Assembly (NCBI GenBank): GCA_965116905.1
Contig: OZ220732.1
Location: 2,304,001-2,368,000 of the forward strand
Length of the DNA stretch: 64,000 nt
Direction of reading: 5' to 3'
From: Longimicrobiales bacterium
GTDB taxonomy: Bacteria > Gemmatimonadota > Gemmatimonadetes > Longimicrobiales > Gaopeijiaceae
Every line of letters starts with the position of its first letter. Within the stretch, counting starts at the first letter, position 1. A model generated the notes under the pieces. That model searched no databases. It was not told where the DNA came from and saw nothing but the letters and a program-made list of their open reading frames with translations. This document shows, piece by piece, positions 29,529 through 38,848 of this stretch. The translations under genes were made by a program, and so were the position numbers.

Positions 29529-31439
29529 TCAGCGCGCATCGCGCTTTCGGTTGGCCCTCTTGGCAGTCGGCCGATTCCGCGGCATGCGCTCCATGAGCGC
29601 CCTCTCCCTGGCCTCCTCAAGATCAGCCCGCAGATTCGCCCTCAGCACGTCGCCTGCCTGCCCCGTCACACCCGTCGCAGCGGCCTCACCGGTCGCGGCT
29701 CCGGCCTCATCTCGTGCGATGCATTCCTTCAGGTTGACGGTGCCACCCGTGGACGTGCGTTGCGGATTCACTCGCACATGCCCGGGGATTCCCCGAAGCC
29801 GCCACTGTAGCGGAATGCAGCCGGAGAAACGGTTTCGGCGGACATCGCCGTAGGAGAGGAGGGGCACGGAGCCTGTCAACTCGTTGCCTGCAATAGAGAT
29901 GAAGCTATCGACCTCGTATAGCGAAAGGCTGTCGAGCTCGACCGGTGCCGGTCCTGAGAATGCGTTGTTGTCCGCGAACAGGTAGGTGAGAGGGTATCGG
30001 TCACTGTCCCAGTCATGCAGGAATGCCGACCGCACGAACTCGCCCGATATCGCTCCCGAAAGACTGTTGTCGTCCAGCCACAGGACTTCCAGCACCTCCA
30101 GGCCCCCCAGTTCCGGCGGAATCGACCCCGTCAACTGGTTGTCCTGCAGTTCCAACGATCTCAGACGGTTGAGCTGACCCAGCTCCGGCGGAATCGCGCC
30201 CGTCAGCCGGTTGCCGGCAAGAGACAGATCCCGCAGCCCGGACAGGTCACCAAGCTCCGGCGGGATGGACCCGGTGATTTCGTTGTCGTTCAGGAGCAGG
30301 AACCCGAGATCGTCCAGGTTGGTCAACTCGGACGGGAGTCCGGTTAATTCGTTGTGGGCGAGGGTGAGAAACCGGAGGTTGGCGAGGTCACCAAGTTCCG
30401 ATGGGATGCCGGTCAGGTTGTTTCCTGAAAGGTCCAACACCTGAAGATTGCCCAGGTTGCCAAGTTCCGCCGGGACGCTGGTCAGCCCGAGATCCTCGAG
30501 GGTCAATCCCACGAGGCTGTCGATGTCGCCAAGTTCCGGTGGAATGGAACCCGTCAGCCGATTCGTGCCCAGCGACAAATACAAGAGGCCATCCATGCTG
30601 CCGAGTTCCGATGGAATCGATCCGGTCAACTGATTGTGGTTGAGCAACAACTCTTCGAGATTGGCCAGTTCAGCGAGTTCGACGGGGATCGATCCCGTCA
30701 GTTGATTCCCGGCCAGGATCAACTCCTCGAGATCGGCCAGCTCGCCGAGTTTGGCGGGGATCGATCCCGTCAGCTGATTCCCGGCCAGGTACAACCGAAC
30801 GAGATTGTCGAGATTGCCCAGCTCTGGCGGGATTGAACCCGTGAGCCCGTTCTCGTCGAGATCCAGGACGTTCAGGCTGGACAGGTTGCCGAGTTCCGCC
30901 GGGATCGAGCCCGTCAGTCGGTTCGCCCAGAGATCCAGGACTTCGAGGCTGGACAGGTTGCCGAGTTCCGCCGGGATCGAGCCCGTCAACCGGTTGAAAG
31001 AGAGGTCCAGTTCCTCCAGGTTGCCCAGGCTGCCCAACTCCGCCGGGATCGAGCCCGTCAACCGGTTTTCGGTCAGCTCCAGGAGTTCCAGGTTGCTCAG
31101 GCTCCCGAGTGCCGGCGGGATCGACCCGGACAGGTTGTTGTCATTCAGCCACAGCTCTCGTACCCGGCCGGTCGTATCCACACTGACGCCTTCCCAGCGT
31201 TCGATCGACGGCTCGGTCGTCCAGCCGCCCTGATAGTACCATTCCGGACCACCGGTAGCGTGATAGAAGGTCTCGAGGATTTCGCGGTCAGTGGGCGCAT
31301 TGGGCGCCGCACTATGAGCCTGTGCCTCGGCGGAAGGCACGGTTTCGGCAATTGGCGCCACTACCTCTGCGGCGTCTGAAGTGCAGGCCACAGGCACGAG
31401 GCACACCACCGCTGCACTGGTCCAGAAGCGATTCAACAT
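29529..31439 (-). CDS. Leucine-rich repeat lipoprotein with plant-type LRRs (eukaryote-like protein)
   Basis: VAC lipobox, N-cap FYHATGGPEW..WEGV, about 16 regular LxxLxLxxNxLTGSIPxELGxL repeats plus about 3 degenerate; AAGGAGG RBS. Confidence 0.92.
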   Translation of the reverse strand: MLNRFWTSAAVVCLVPVACTSDAAEVVAPIAETVPSAEAQAHSAAPNAPTDREILETFYHATGGPEWYYQGGWTTEPSIERWEGVSVDTTGRVRELWLNDNNLSGSIPPALGSLSNLELLELTENRLTGSIPAELGSLGNLEELDLSFNRLTGSIPAELGNLSSLEVLDLWANRLTGSIPAELGNLSSLNVLDLDENGLTGSIPPELGNLDNLVRLYLAGNQLTGSIPAKLGELADLEELILAGNQLTGSIPVELAELANLEELLLNHNQLTGSIPSELGSMDGLLYLSLGTNRLTGSIPPELGDIDSLVGLTLEDLGLTSVPAELGNLGNLQVLDLSGNNLTGIPSELGDLANLRFLTLAHNELTGLPSELTNLDDLGFLLLNDNEITGSIPPELGDLSGLRDLSLAGNRLTGAIPPELGQLNRLRSLELQDNQLTGSIPPELGGLEVLEVLWLDDNSLSGAISGEFVRSAFLHDWDSDRYPLTYLFADNNAFSGPAPVELDSLSLYEVDSFISIAGNELTGSVPLLSYGDVRRNRFSGCIPLQWRLRGIPGHVRVNPQRTSTGGTVNLKECIARDEAGAATGEAAATGVTGQAGDVLRANLRADLEEARERALMERMPRNRPTAKRANRKRDAR

Positions 31440-31914
31440 TGTTCAGCCTCCTTCATCCCGGGGGCGGCTCCGCCTCTTGCGCGAAGCCCGGGATGGGCGC
31501 GATGAGCGGCAGCGCGAGAGTGAGTACGCATCGGTTCATGGCTTCCCTCTACGCGATCAATATTATCACGGTGCGTATTCCCAGGCGATCAAGACATGAT
31601 TTACAGGGTTTAGAAGGTTATCAAACAGAGACCCAACCGACGTTCGCCGAGGGAAAGATGTGGAGCCGGCATGCGTACAGGCATCCCCTCTTCAGGGGAC
31701 CCCCCGGCCTGGGGTGGAATGCGAGGCGGGTCCGGAGCGGGGATTTCCAACCTGGCCAGTGCATGCGCCCTCCAGCGTTGCATCTTCGCGCCACCCCCCA
31801 AAGGTTGAGCAGGTATGGCTGGTGGTGGGCCGGGCCGGGAGCGATTGGCCGGTCTCGAGATTGAGGACCGTGGCAAAAGGTAGTGGTCAAGCAACCCGTA
31901 CGAGAGAGAAGCCG

Positions 31915-33120
31915 ATGGAACCGCAGGCGACCGCACTGATCAACGATCCCATGGGCGTTTTCGCCTTCCTCGCCGGAGTCGTCGCGCTGGTTTTCTGGGT
32001 CTCGGAGCTGCCGCGCTGCCGGAAGCTGTTCGAGGTCGTGCCCCCTGTCATCTACGTGTATTTCCTGCCGATGCTGGCGACTACAGCCGGGATCACACCG
32101 GCGGCCTCTCCGCTCTACGACTGGACGGTTCCGTACCTCCTCCTCTTCGCGCTGCTGATGCTGATGGTGTCCGTCGACCTCGGCAGCGTCGCCAGGCTGG
32201 GCCCCGTTGCCCTGTTCATGGTGGCGGCCGGGACGGTAGGCATCGTCATCGGCGGGCCGATATCGCTGATGCTCTTCGGAGGCATGCTGCCGGAGGATGC
32301 GTGGACGGGGTTCGCGGCGTTGTCGGGGAGCTGGATCGGCGGCACGGCGAACATGGTGGCGATCGCCGAAAGCGTGGGGACGTCACCCGACGCGATGGGA
32401 CCTGTGATCGTGGTCGACACGGTGGTCGGGTATGGCTGGATGGGCGTGCTGATCGCGCTGGTGGGACTGCAGGGCCGCTTCGACCGGCGCATGAAGGCGC
32501 GCACCGATGTCATCGAACAGACCAACCGTCAGCTGGAGGCGATGAAGAGTGAGCGGCGCCCGCTGACGCTCCGCGATGCCATTGTGATGATCGGATTCGG
32601 AATGGCGTGCGCGGTGGCGGCGCATTGGCTGGGGCAGCGGCTGGGGCAGTGGCTGCCGGCGGTCGGCGATCCCCCGATCATCAGCAGCACTACATGGGCC
32701 ATTCTCATTGTCGTGACCGGTGGGCTGGTGCTCTCGTTCACCCGGCTCAGGAAGCTGGAGACGGTGGGCGCTTCGCATCTGGGCTACACGGCACTGTACC
32801 TGCTGCTGGCCGGGATCGGGGCGCAGGCGGATCTCAGGGCGGTGCTGGACGCGCCCGTGTACCTGCTGGCGGGCGCGGTCTGGATTGCAATCCATCTGGG
32901 CATCCTCCTGATCGCTGCGCGGATCGTGCGGGCGCCGTTCTTCTTCGTCGCGACCGGCAGCATGGCCAACATAGGCGGAGCGGCCTCGGCGCCGGTGGTC
33001 GCGGGCGTCTACCACCGCGCCATGGCCCCGATCGGACTGCTGATGGCGGTCGCCGGGTACATCCTCGGGATCTACGCGGCCCTGTTGTGCGCGTGGCTGC
33101 TGGGGCAGGTCGGGGGCTGA
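31915..33120 (+). CDS. DUF819 family membrane protein
   Basis: About 10 TM helices, GSWIGGTANMVA, GSMANIGGAASAPVVA motifs. Confidence 0.85.
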   Translation: MEPQATALINDPMGVFAFLAGVVALVFWVSELPRCRKLFEVVPPVIYVYFLPMLATTAGITPAASPLYDWTVPYLLLFALLMLMVSVDLGSVARLGPVALFMVAAGTVGIVIGGPISLMLFGGMLPEDAWTGFAALSGSWIGGTANMVAIAESVGTSPDAMGPVIVVDTVVGYGWMGVLIALVGLQGRFDRRMKARTDVIEQTNRQLEAMKSERRPLTLRDAIVMIGFGMACAVAAHWLGQRLGQWLPAVGDPPIISSTTWAILIVVTGGLVLSFTRLRKLETVGASHLGYTALYLLLAGIGAQADLRAVLDAPVYLLAGAVWIAIHLGILLIAARIVRAPFFFVATGSMANIGGAASAPVVAGVYHRAMAPIGLLMAVAGYILGIYAALLCAWLLGQVGG

Positions 33121-33137
33121 GGGCCGCCCGAGCCGCG

Positions 33138-33308
33138 GCGCTCGAAATGGCACTCCACGAAGAACAGGAACGTAGGGCATTGGAGGGCGAACTCTGGATG
33201 CTGGAGCGTGCGTGGCGGGAGGCTGAGGAGATTGCTGCGATCTCGGACAATCTGTTAGTGCGGAAGAGTGCGGAGGCGTTTATCGAGGAGCACCGGGGTG
33301 AGAGCTAG
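33138..33308 (+). pseudogene. C-terminal remnant paralogous to the 27793-28860 protein (opposite orientation)
   Basis: ALEMALHEEQERRALEGELWMLERAWREAEEIAAISDNL versus ALEMALHEEQERRALEGELWLLEQAWRDAEEIADISDNL. Confidence 0.85.
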
Positions 33309-33957
33309 TCGCCGCGGGCGGCTGCGGCGGCTGCCACTGCGGCTGCTCCGCTGGGCCGTGTTGGCAGTCATCCTGGCGATTGTCCCGTTCTTCCTCCTCA
33401 TTCGCGGCGGCGTGTTCGCGTACGAGCAGTGGGGGCTGGGTCCGTGGCCATCGCTGGCGGTGTCGGCCGCAGCGACCGCACTTCTCCTGGTCGTCTACGC
33501 CTGGGCCCTGGGCCGCCGTCTCGGCGCGGGGAAGGGGCTCAGGTGGCTGATGACCCGGGGCGCGGCGGCCCTGGCGGTGGCATACATCGCCTACTCGGTC
33601 GTCTACGTGGGAAGCGCCAACGTCAAGTCCGACGAGGTGCGCGCAGAGTACGCGGCCCTCCACCCGCTGCTGCGCCTGGCCGCGAGCGCCGTCTTCCTCG
33701 CGGACGCGGGCGCGGTCATCACGGACGCGAGCCGCACCCCCGACTTCTACCGCCGGATGGGACTCTCACCGAACGAGTCGTCGCTGCACTTCAGACAGGA
33801 CGACGGCTTTGTGCACGCGCTGGACCTGCGCACGGTCGGCCGCCCCGAGTGGAGGAACCGCGCCGTCGAACTGACGTTCCGGGCGCTTGGCTTCAATACG
33901 CTGCGTCACGTGGGGACGGCGGACCATCTGCATGTCTCGGTGAGGTCGCCGGGATAG
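33298..33957 (+). CDS. Membrane-anchored protein with peptidase M15/Hedgehog-like (LAS) metallopeptidase motifs
   Basis: 3 TM helices then VITDASR, SSLH, HALDLR, DHLHVS; GAGGAG RBS before GTG 33298. Confidence 0.6.
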   Translation: MRASRRGRLRRLPLRLLRWAVLAVILAIVPFFLLIRGGVFAYEQWGLGPWPSLAVSAAATALLLVVYAWALGRRLGAGKGLRWLMTRGAAALAVAYIAYSVVYVGSANVKSDEVRAEYAALHPLLRLAASAVFLADAGAVITDASRTPDFYRRMGLSPNESSLHFRQDDGFVHALDLRTVGRPEWRNRAVELTFRALGFNTLRHVGTADHLHVSVRSPG

Positions 33958-33959
33958 GG

Positions 33960-34054
33960 CGACCAAGGCCATCAGCGACTGCCGACTCGAAGTGACCCCA
34001 ATCCTCGTCGGCGGCTGCCATGGCTCGGTAGGTCTCCTCCCAGGTCAGTTTCCC
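33960..34054 (-). pseudogene. Remnant of an AbrB/MazE-type antitoxin C-terminus
   Basis: KLTWEETYRAMAAADEDWGHFESAVADGL resembles the acidic tail of MazE/AbrB antitoxins; no N-terminal AbrB domain or toxin nearby. Confidence 0.55.
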
Positions 34055-34076
34055 CGCGCCACAGCCGCACCTCTCC

Positions 34077-35141
<1,065 letters not shown>

Positions 35142-35148
35142 TCTCTTC

Positions 35149-36510
35149 CTACCCTTCTTCTGCCTGAATCATCGCTGCCACGGCCTGCACTTCGTCGAGA
35201 ACGCGCAAGAGGTTGCCGCTCCAGAGCATGCCGATTTCCTCTTCGGTGTAGCCGCGCCGGACCAGCTCCAGCGTGACGTTGAAGGTTTCCGACGCGTCGT
35301 CCCAGCCCGCCACGCCGCCGCCGCCATCGAAGTCCGAGCTGATGCCGACGTGCTCGAGGCCGATGAGGTTGACCATGTAGTCGATCTGGTCGACGAAATC
35401 GGCCACGCTGACGTCGGGGGGGATGTCCATATCGGCCGCCCGCTCCGCTGCCGTGGTCCGGACCTGGGACATCTGCTCGAAGTAGGCGTCGCGTTCGTCT
35501 GGGGGAAGGGCGAACATTCCGCCCCGTCCGAGTATCTCGACGCCCATTTCGGCTGCGACCTCCGCCTCGATCGCGTCCATGGCCTCGCGGTGGGCAGCGT
35601 TTCGGGTCGTGTTGACGAAGGAGCGCAGTGCGACCGTCTGCACCACGCCGCCGTTCGCAGCCACCGCGTGCAGCTGCTCGTCGTCGAGGTTGCGGCTCAC
35701 GTCGCTCAGCCCGCGGGCGGATGAGTGCGACGCCATTACGGGCGCCCGGGTCATCTCCAGCGTCTGCATGATCGAGGGTTTCGACGGGTGCGAGATGTCG
35801 ATCATGATCCCGAGCCGGTTCATCTCGGCGACCGCCTCCCGGCCCATCTCGCTCAGGCCACCGTGCAGGAAGTCGCCGTCGTTCTCGCCGGAGTGCGCGT
35901 CGGACAGCTGGTTCGGGCCGGTGTGTGCGAGCGACATGTAGCGCGCGCCCCGCTCGTGGAACTCCTCGACGCGCGAGATGTCGGTCCCCAGCGGATACGC
36001 GTTCTCGACCCCGATCATCGCGACCAGCTTGCCCGACGTCGCGATCCGCCGGACATCGTCGGAGGTGAGCGCCAGCTCGATCCGGTCGGGCGCGTACTCG
36101 TTCACCATGCGGTGGATGGCGTCGAACTTGTCGACCGCGTTCTCGTAGGCCGTCGCGTAGCCTTCGTCGTTGAGCAGGCCCTGGGAGGTGTAGACGACGA
36201 ACCAGCCGACGTCGAGCCCGCCCGCCTCCATCTTCGGCAGCGTGACCTGAGTGGGCAGGTCCGTGGTGTAGTTTCGCTCGGCGGTGAAGTTCGACGTGCT
36301 GATGTCGATGTGCGTGTCGAGCGTGACGACCCGGTCGTGTATCTCGCGGGCCCGTTGCGTCATTGCCTCTTCGGACTCCCCGGCGGGGTCGCCGCCAGCG
36401 TCGTCGGCCGGGGCGCAGGCAGCGGCGGAGGTCGTGAAGGCCAGGGCGAGGGAAAGGGCGAGCGGCATTGCGGGGCTCGTGGCGGTGTTCGTTGGTTGGC
36501 GAATCGTCAT
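35149..36510 (-). CDS. Membrane dipeptidase (peptidase M19), lipoprotein
   Basis: LDTHID, IGVEN, EMNRLGIMIDISH, ASHS, SRNLDD, HVGISSDFDGGG, GNLLRV; start could be slightly downstream. Confidence 0.92.
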   Translation of the reverse strand: MTIRQPTNTATSPAMPLALSLALAFTTSAAACAPADDAGGDPAGESEEAMTQRAREIHDRVVTLDTHIDISTSNFTAERNYTTDLPTQVTLPKMEAGGLDVGWFVVYTSQGLLNDEGYATAYENAVDKFDAIHRMVNEYAPDRIELALTSDDVRRIATSGKLVAMIGVENAYPLGTDISRVEEFHERGARYMSLAHTGPNQLSDAHSGENDGDFLHGGLSEMGREAVAEMNRLGIMIDISHPSKPSIMQTLEMTRAPVMASHSSARGLSDVSRNLDDEQLHAVAANGGVVQTVALRSFVNTTRNAAHREAMDAIEAEVAAEMGVEILGRGGMFALPPDERDAYFEQMSQVRTTAAERAADMDIPPDVSVADFVDQIDYMVNLIGLEHVGISSDFDGGGGVAGWDDASETFNVTLELVRRGYTEEEIGMLWSGNLLRVLDEVQAVAAMIQAEEG

Positions 36511-36622
36511 GGGCGGGCGCTCCGATGCTCCGGTGGGACATGCTCGGCACTCAAGATAGGGGACGGGGCGGCGCTCGGCATCTACGGTGCTCCCGTCGGT
36601 ATCTTTGTGGACGAGACCTGTT

Positions 36623-36666
36623 CACATCCTCCAGCAACTCCACCCACATCCTCCAGCAACTCCACC
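36623..36666. repeat. Perfect 22-bp tandem duplication upstream of the cupin gene
   Basis: CACATCCTCCAGCAACTCCACC x2. Confidence 0.9.
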
Positions 36667-36677
36667 GGGACCTCGCC

Positions 36678-37001
36678 ATGGGAATCATCGACTCCACCCG
36701 CCAGCGCCGCTTCTCGCCCGAGAAGATGCAGAAGCTCAACCTGTTCGAGACCGACCAGATGTTCTGCGACATCTACTGCCTGGGGCCCGGGCAGGTCCAG
36801 CACGTCCACACCCATGCGGGCGCGACGAAGTTCTACTATGTGATCGAGGGCGAGGGCCGCTTTACGGTGGGTGAGCGGCGCGAGCGCCTGGGCCCCGGTG
36901 CGGTGGCGTGGTCGGAGCCGGACGAGCCGCACGGCGTGGCGAACGAGTCCGATGGCGACCTGGTTTTGCTGGTGGCGATGGCGCCGAATCCGAATCGGTA
37001 G
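36678..37001 (+). CDS. Cupin domain protein
   Basis: PGQVQHVHTH..YYVIEGEG and PDEPHGVAN cupin motifs. Confidence 0.85.
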   Translation: MGIIDSTRQRRFSPEKMQKLNLFETDQMFCDIYCLGPGQVQHVHTHAGATKFYYVIEGEGRFTVGERRERLGPGAVAWSEPDEPHGVANESDGDLVLLVAMAPNPNR

Positions 37002-37013
37002 GGGGGTCCGCGC

Positions 37014-37562
37014 ATGTCCACGATGCTGTTCGGTGTCGCGGTCGTGATCCTCGTGGCCGCGTTGGCGGGCGCGGTGTGGTCGGTCGCCGTCCCGGACAGG
37101 CGGTTGTGGCCGCCGCCAAGCCTTAGTTCCTGGCCGTACCGGCTGAACTGGGCGGGCTTCTGGGTGGTGTGCGGGATCAATGTCCTGCTGCTTCTCATGT
37201 ACTGGAACTCGTGGGTCTTTCAGAGTCCCTTCCGGTTCCTTTTCGGGGTCCCGCTGGTGGTGCTCGGCGGCCTGCTGGCCCTGTGGGGAATGGTTGCCGC
37301 GGGCTGGAGGAACACGAGCGGGTTGAACGACGGATTCGTGACGTCGGGCCCCTACCGATTCACGCGCAATCCTCAGTACGTGGGAGACATCGCGTTCTTC
37401 GTCGGTGTCAGCGTGATCGCCAATTCGCTGTTCCTGTGGGTCACGCATCTGCTGCTGGTCATGGTGTTCGTGGTGGCGCCCTTCGCCGAGGAGCCCTGGC
37501 TGGATGAGCAGTACGGGGACGCCTACCGGGAGTATCGGAAGAGGGTGCGGCGGTTTTTGTGA
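37014..37562 (+). CDS. Isoprenylcysteine carboxyl methyltransferase / PEMT family membrane protein
   Basis: TM helices, VTSGPYRFTRNPQYVG, EEPWL..YG..YREY..RVRRF. Confidence 0.85.
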   Translation: MSTMLFGVAVVILVAALAGAVWSVAVPDRRLWPPPSLSSWPYRLNWAGFWVVCGINVLLLLMYWNSWVFQSPFRFLFGVPLVVLGGLLALWGMVAAGWRNTSGLNDGFVTSGPYRFTRNPQYVGDIAFFVGVSVIANSLFLWVTHLLLVMVFVVAPFAEEPWLDEQYGDAYREYRKRVRRFL

Positions 37563-37659
37563 CGGGGCGGGCGGTTCTCTGTCCAGCCCCGGTGCAGGTT
37601 CATCCGCAGACAGTCAACTCGATGCGTGCGATCATTTCAGTTCGCCGCTGTCTGCGTTC

Positions 37660-37688
37660 TTGCGCTCTCATAGATCATATGATAGGAT
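37660..37688 (+). promoter_or_regulatory. Sigma70-like promoter with palindromic operator in the spacer
   Basis: TTGCGC-17 bp-TAGGAT; spacer holds TCATA-N5-TATGA and the perfect palindrome ATCATATGAT (37674-37683). Confidence 0.55.
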
Positions 37689-37741
37689 TTCAGTGCGATA
37701 TACGCCCAAAATAGCAAATTATTCGGTCATGGAGAAATCAA

Positions 37742-38740
37742 ATGAGTGTACACGATTCAGGGCTCGAACCCCACGAAACTGAGTGTCGGCGGCTGGGCGT
37801 CCTCACTCCAGCTGAAATCCGGGCGCTACGTAAGGATTACGACATGTCCCGTGCCGAGTTTGCGCGGGTCACCGGCTTCGGGGAAGCCACCCTGGCCCGC
37901 TGGGAACGTGGCGAGGTGATTCAGAACACGTCCAATGACAGCTTCCTGAGAATGCTGATGGACAGGGACGCCATGAAGAGCCTGTCTCGCATGACCCAAT
38001 ACGAGGACAAACTGGGGCGCGAGTTCAGCATGATCTTTCACAGCCTGAACAACGACTGGGCCTCGGCCCTCGTGAGGTACAAGGAGTTCCGGGAACTGTT
38101 CGGTACCGCGGAGCGGGTCAAGCTCCTGAACGCGATTGGTGGCGGGTTGTTCTGGGATGTTCAGCAGGTGTTCTGGAGCGACTTGATGTTGCGCTTGACG
38201 AGATTGACCGATCCTCCGAAGAGCGCTGGCAAGGACAACCTGACGGTCCAAAGGCTCCCGGGTCTGTGTGAGGACTCGGATCTGAGAGAGGAAATCGCGG
38301 GCCTTGTCCGCGAAGCGGTTGCTGCAACAGCGTTTGCTCGCGATTGGCGAAACCGGCGCATCGGTCATGCGGACCTGGCTCGGGCGATTGATCCATGCCC
38401 GGAGCCGCTGACGGAGGCCACGCTGCCGAAGGCGAAGGCAGCGCTTGATGCGGTCCACAAGGTGTTGGACACAATCAGCGTGCGACTACTTCACACGGGC
38501 ATCGTAAACGTGGTGGTCACTCGACCTCGAGCCCGCGCGTTCATTGCGTACGTCAGCCAGCTGATCGGAGCGGTGCAATGCGTGGACTCGATCATGGACC
38601 CGAGTGGTCAAAAGCCGGTCACGGACCGAGCAGCAGCGGAGACTTTCCTGCGGAAGCTCCAATGCCGGCCCACCTGGCAGAATACGAAGCAGGTTTTCGA
38701 GCTGCGGCAGGCGGCTCGGCGTTTTCCAATGACACCGTGA
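37742..38740 (+). CDS. XRE/MqsA-type HTH fused to a HEPN (AbiU2-like) domain
   Basis: LTPAEIRALRKDYDMSRAEFARVTGFGEATLARWERGEVIQN HTH; RLTDPPKSAGKDNLT and RNRRIGH (Rx4H); GGAG RBS; lower GC than flanks. Confidence 0.75.
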   Translation: MSVHDSGLEPHETECRRLGVLTPAEIRALRKDYDMSRAEFARVTGFGEATLARWERGEVIQNTSNDSFLRMLMDRDAMKSLSRMTQYEDKLGREFSMIFHSLNNDWASALVRYKEFRELFGTAERVKLLNAIGGGLFWDVQQVFWSDLMLRLTRLTDPPKSAGKDNLTVQRLPGLCEDSDLREEIAGLVREAVAATAFARDWRNRRIGHADLARAIDPCPEPLTEATLPKAKAALDAVHKVLDTISVRLLHTGIVNVVVTRPRARAFIAYVSQLIGAVQCVDSIMDPSGQKPVTDRAAAETFLRKLQCRPTWQNTKQVFELRQAARRFPMTP

Positions 38741-38812
38741 GCGTAGCCTGGATGCCAGGTGTCCATCCGACCATCGGCACCGGCCCCCGCTGGTCACGGA
38801 GGAGGGCTCGCG

Positions 38813-38828
38813 CGTTTCAGCTGAAACG
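38813..38828. promoter_or_regulatory. Perfect 16-bp palindrome resembling parS
   Basis: CGTTTCAGCTGAAACG versus parS consensus TGTTTCACGTGAAACA. Confidence 0.4.
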
Positions 38829-38848
38829 TCTCGTCCAGTTACATGCAC

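Noticed and set aside
29529..31439. Diversity-generating retroelement acting on the LRR repeats
   Set aside because: No reverse transcriptase in the window and no template/variable repeat pair with adenine-specific differences was evident.
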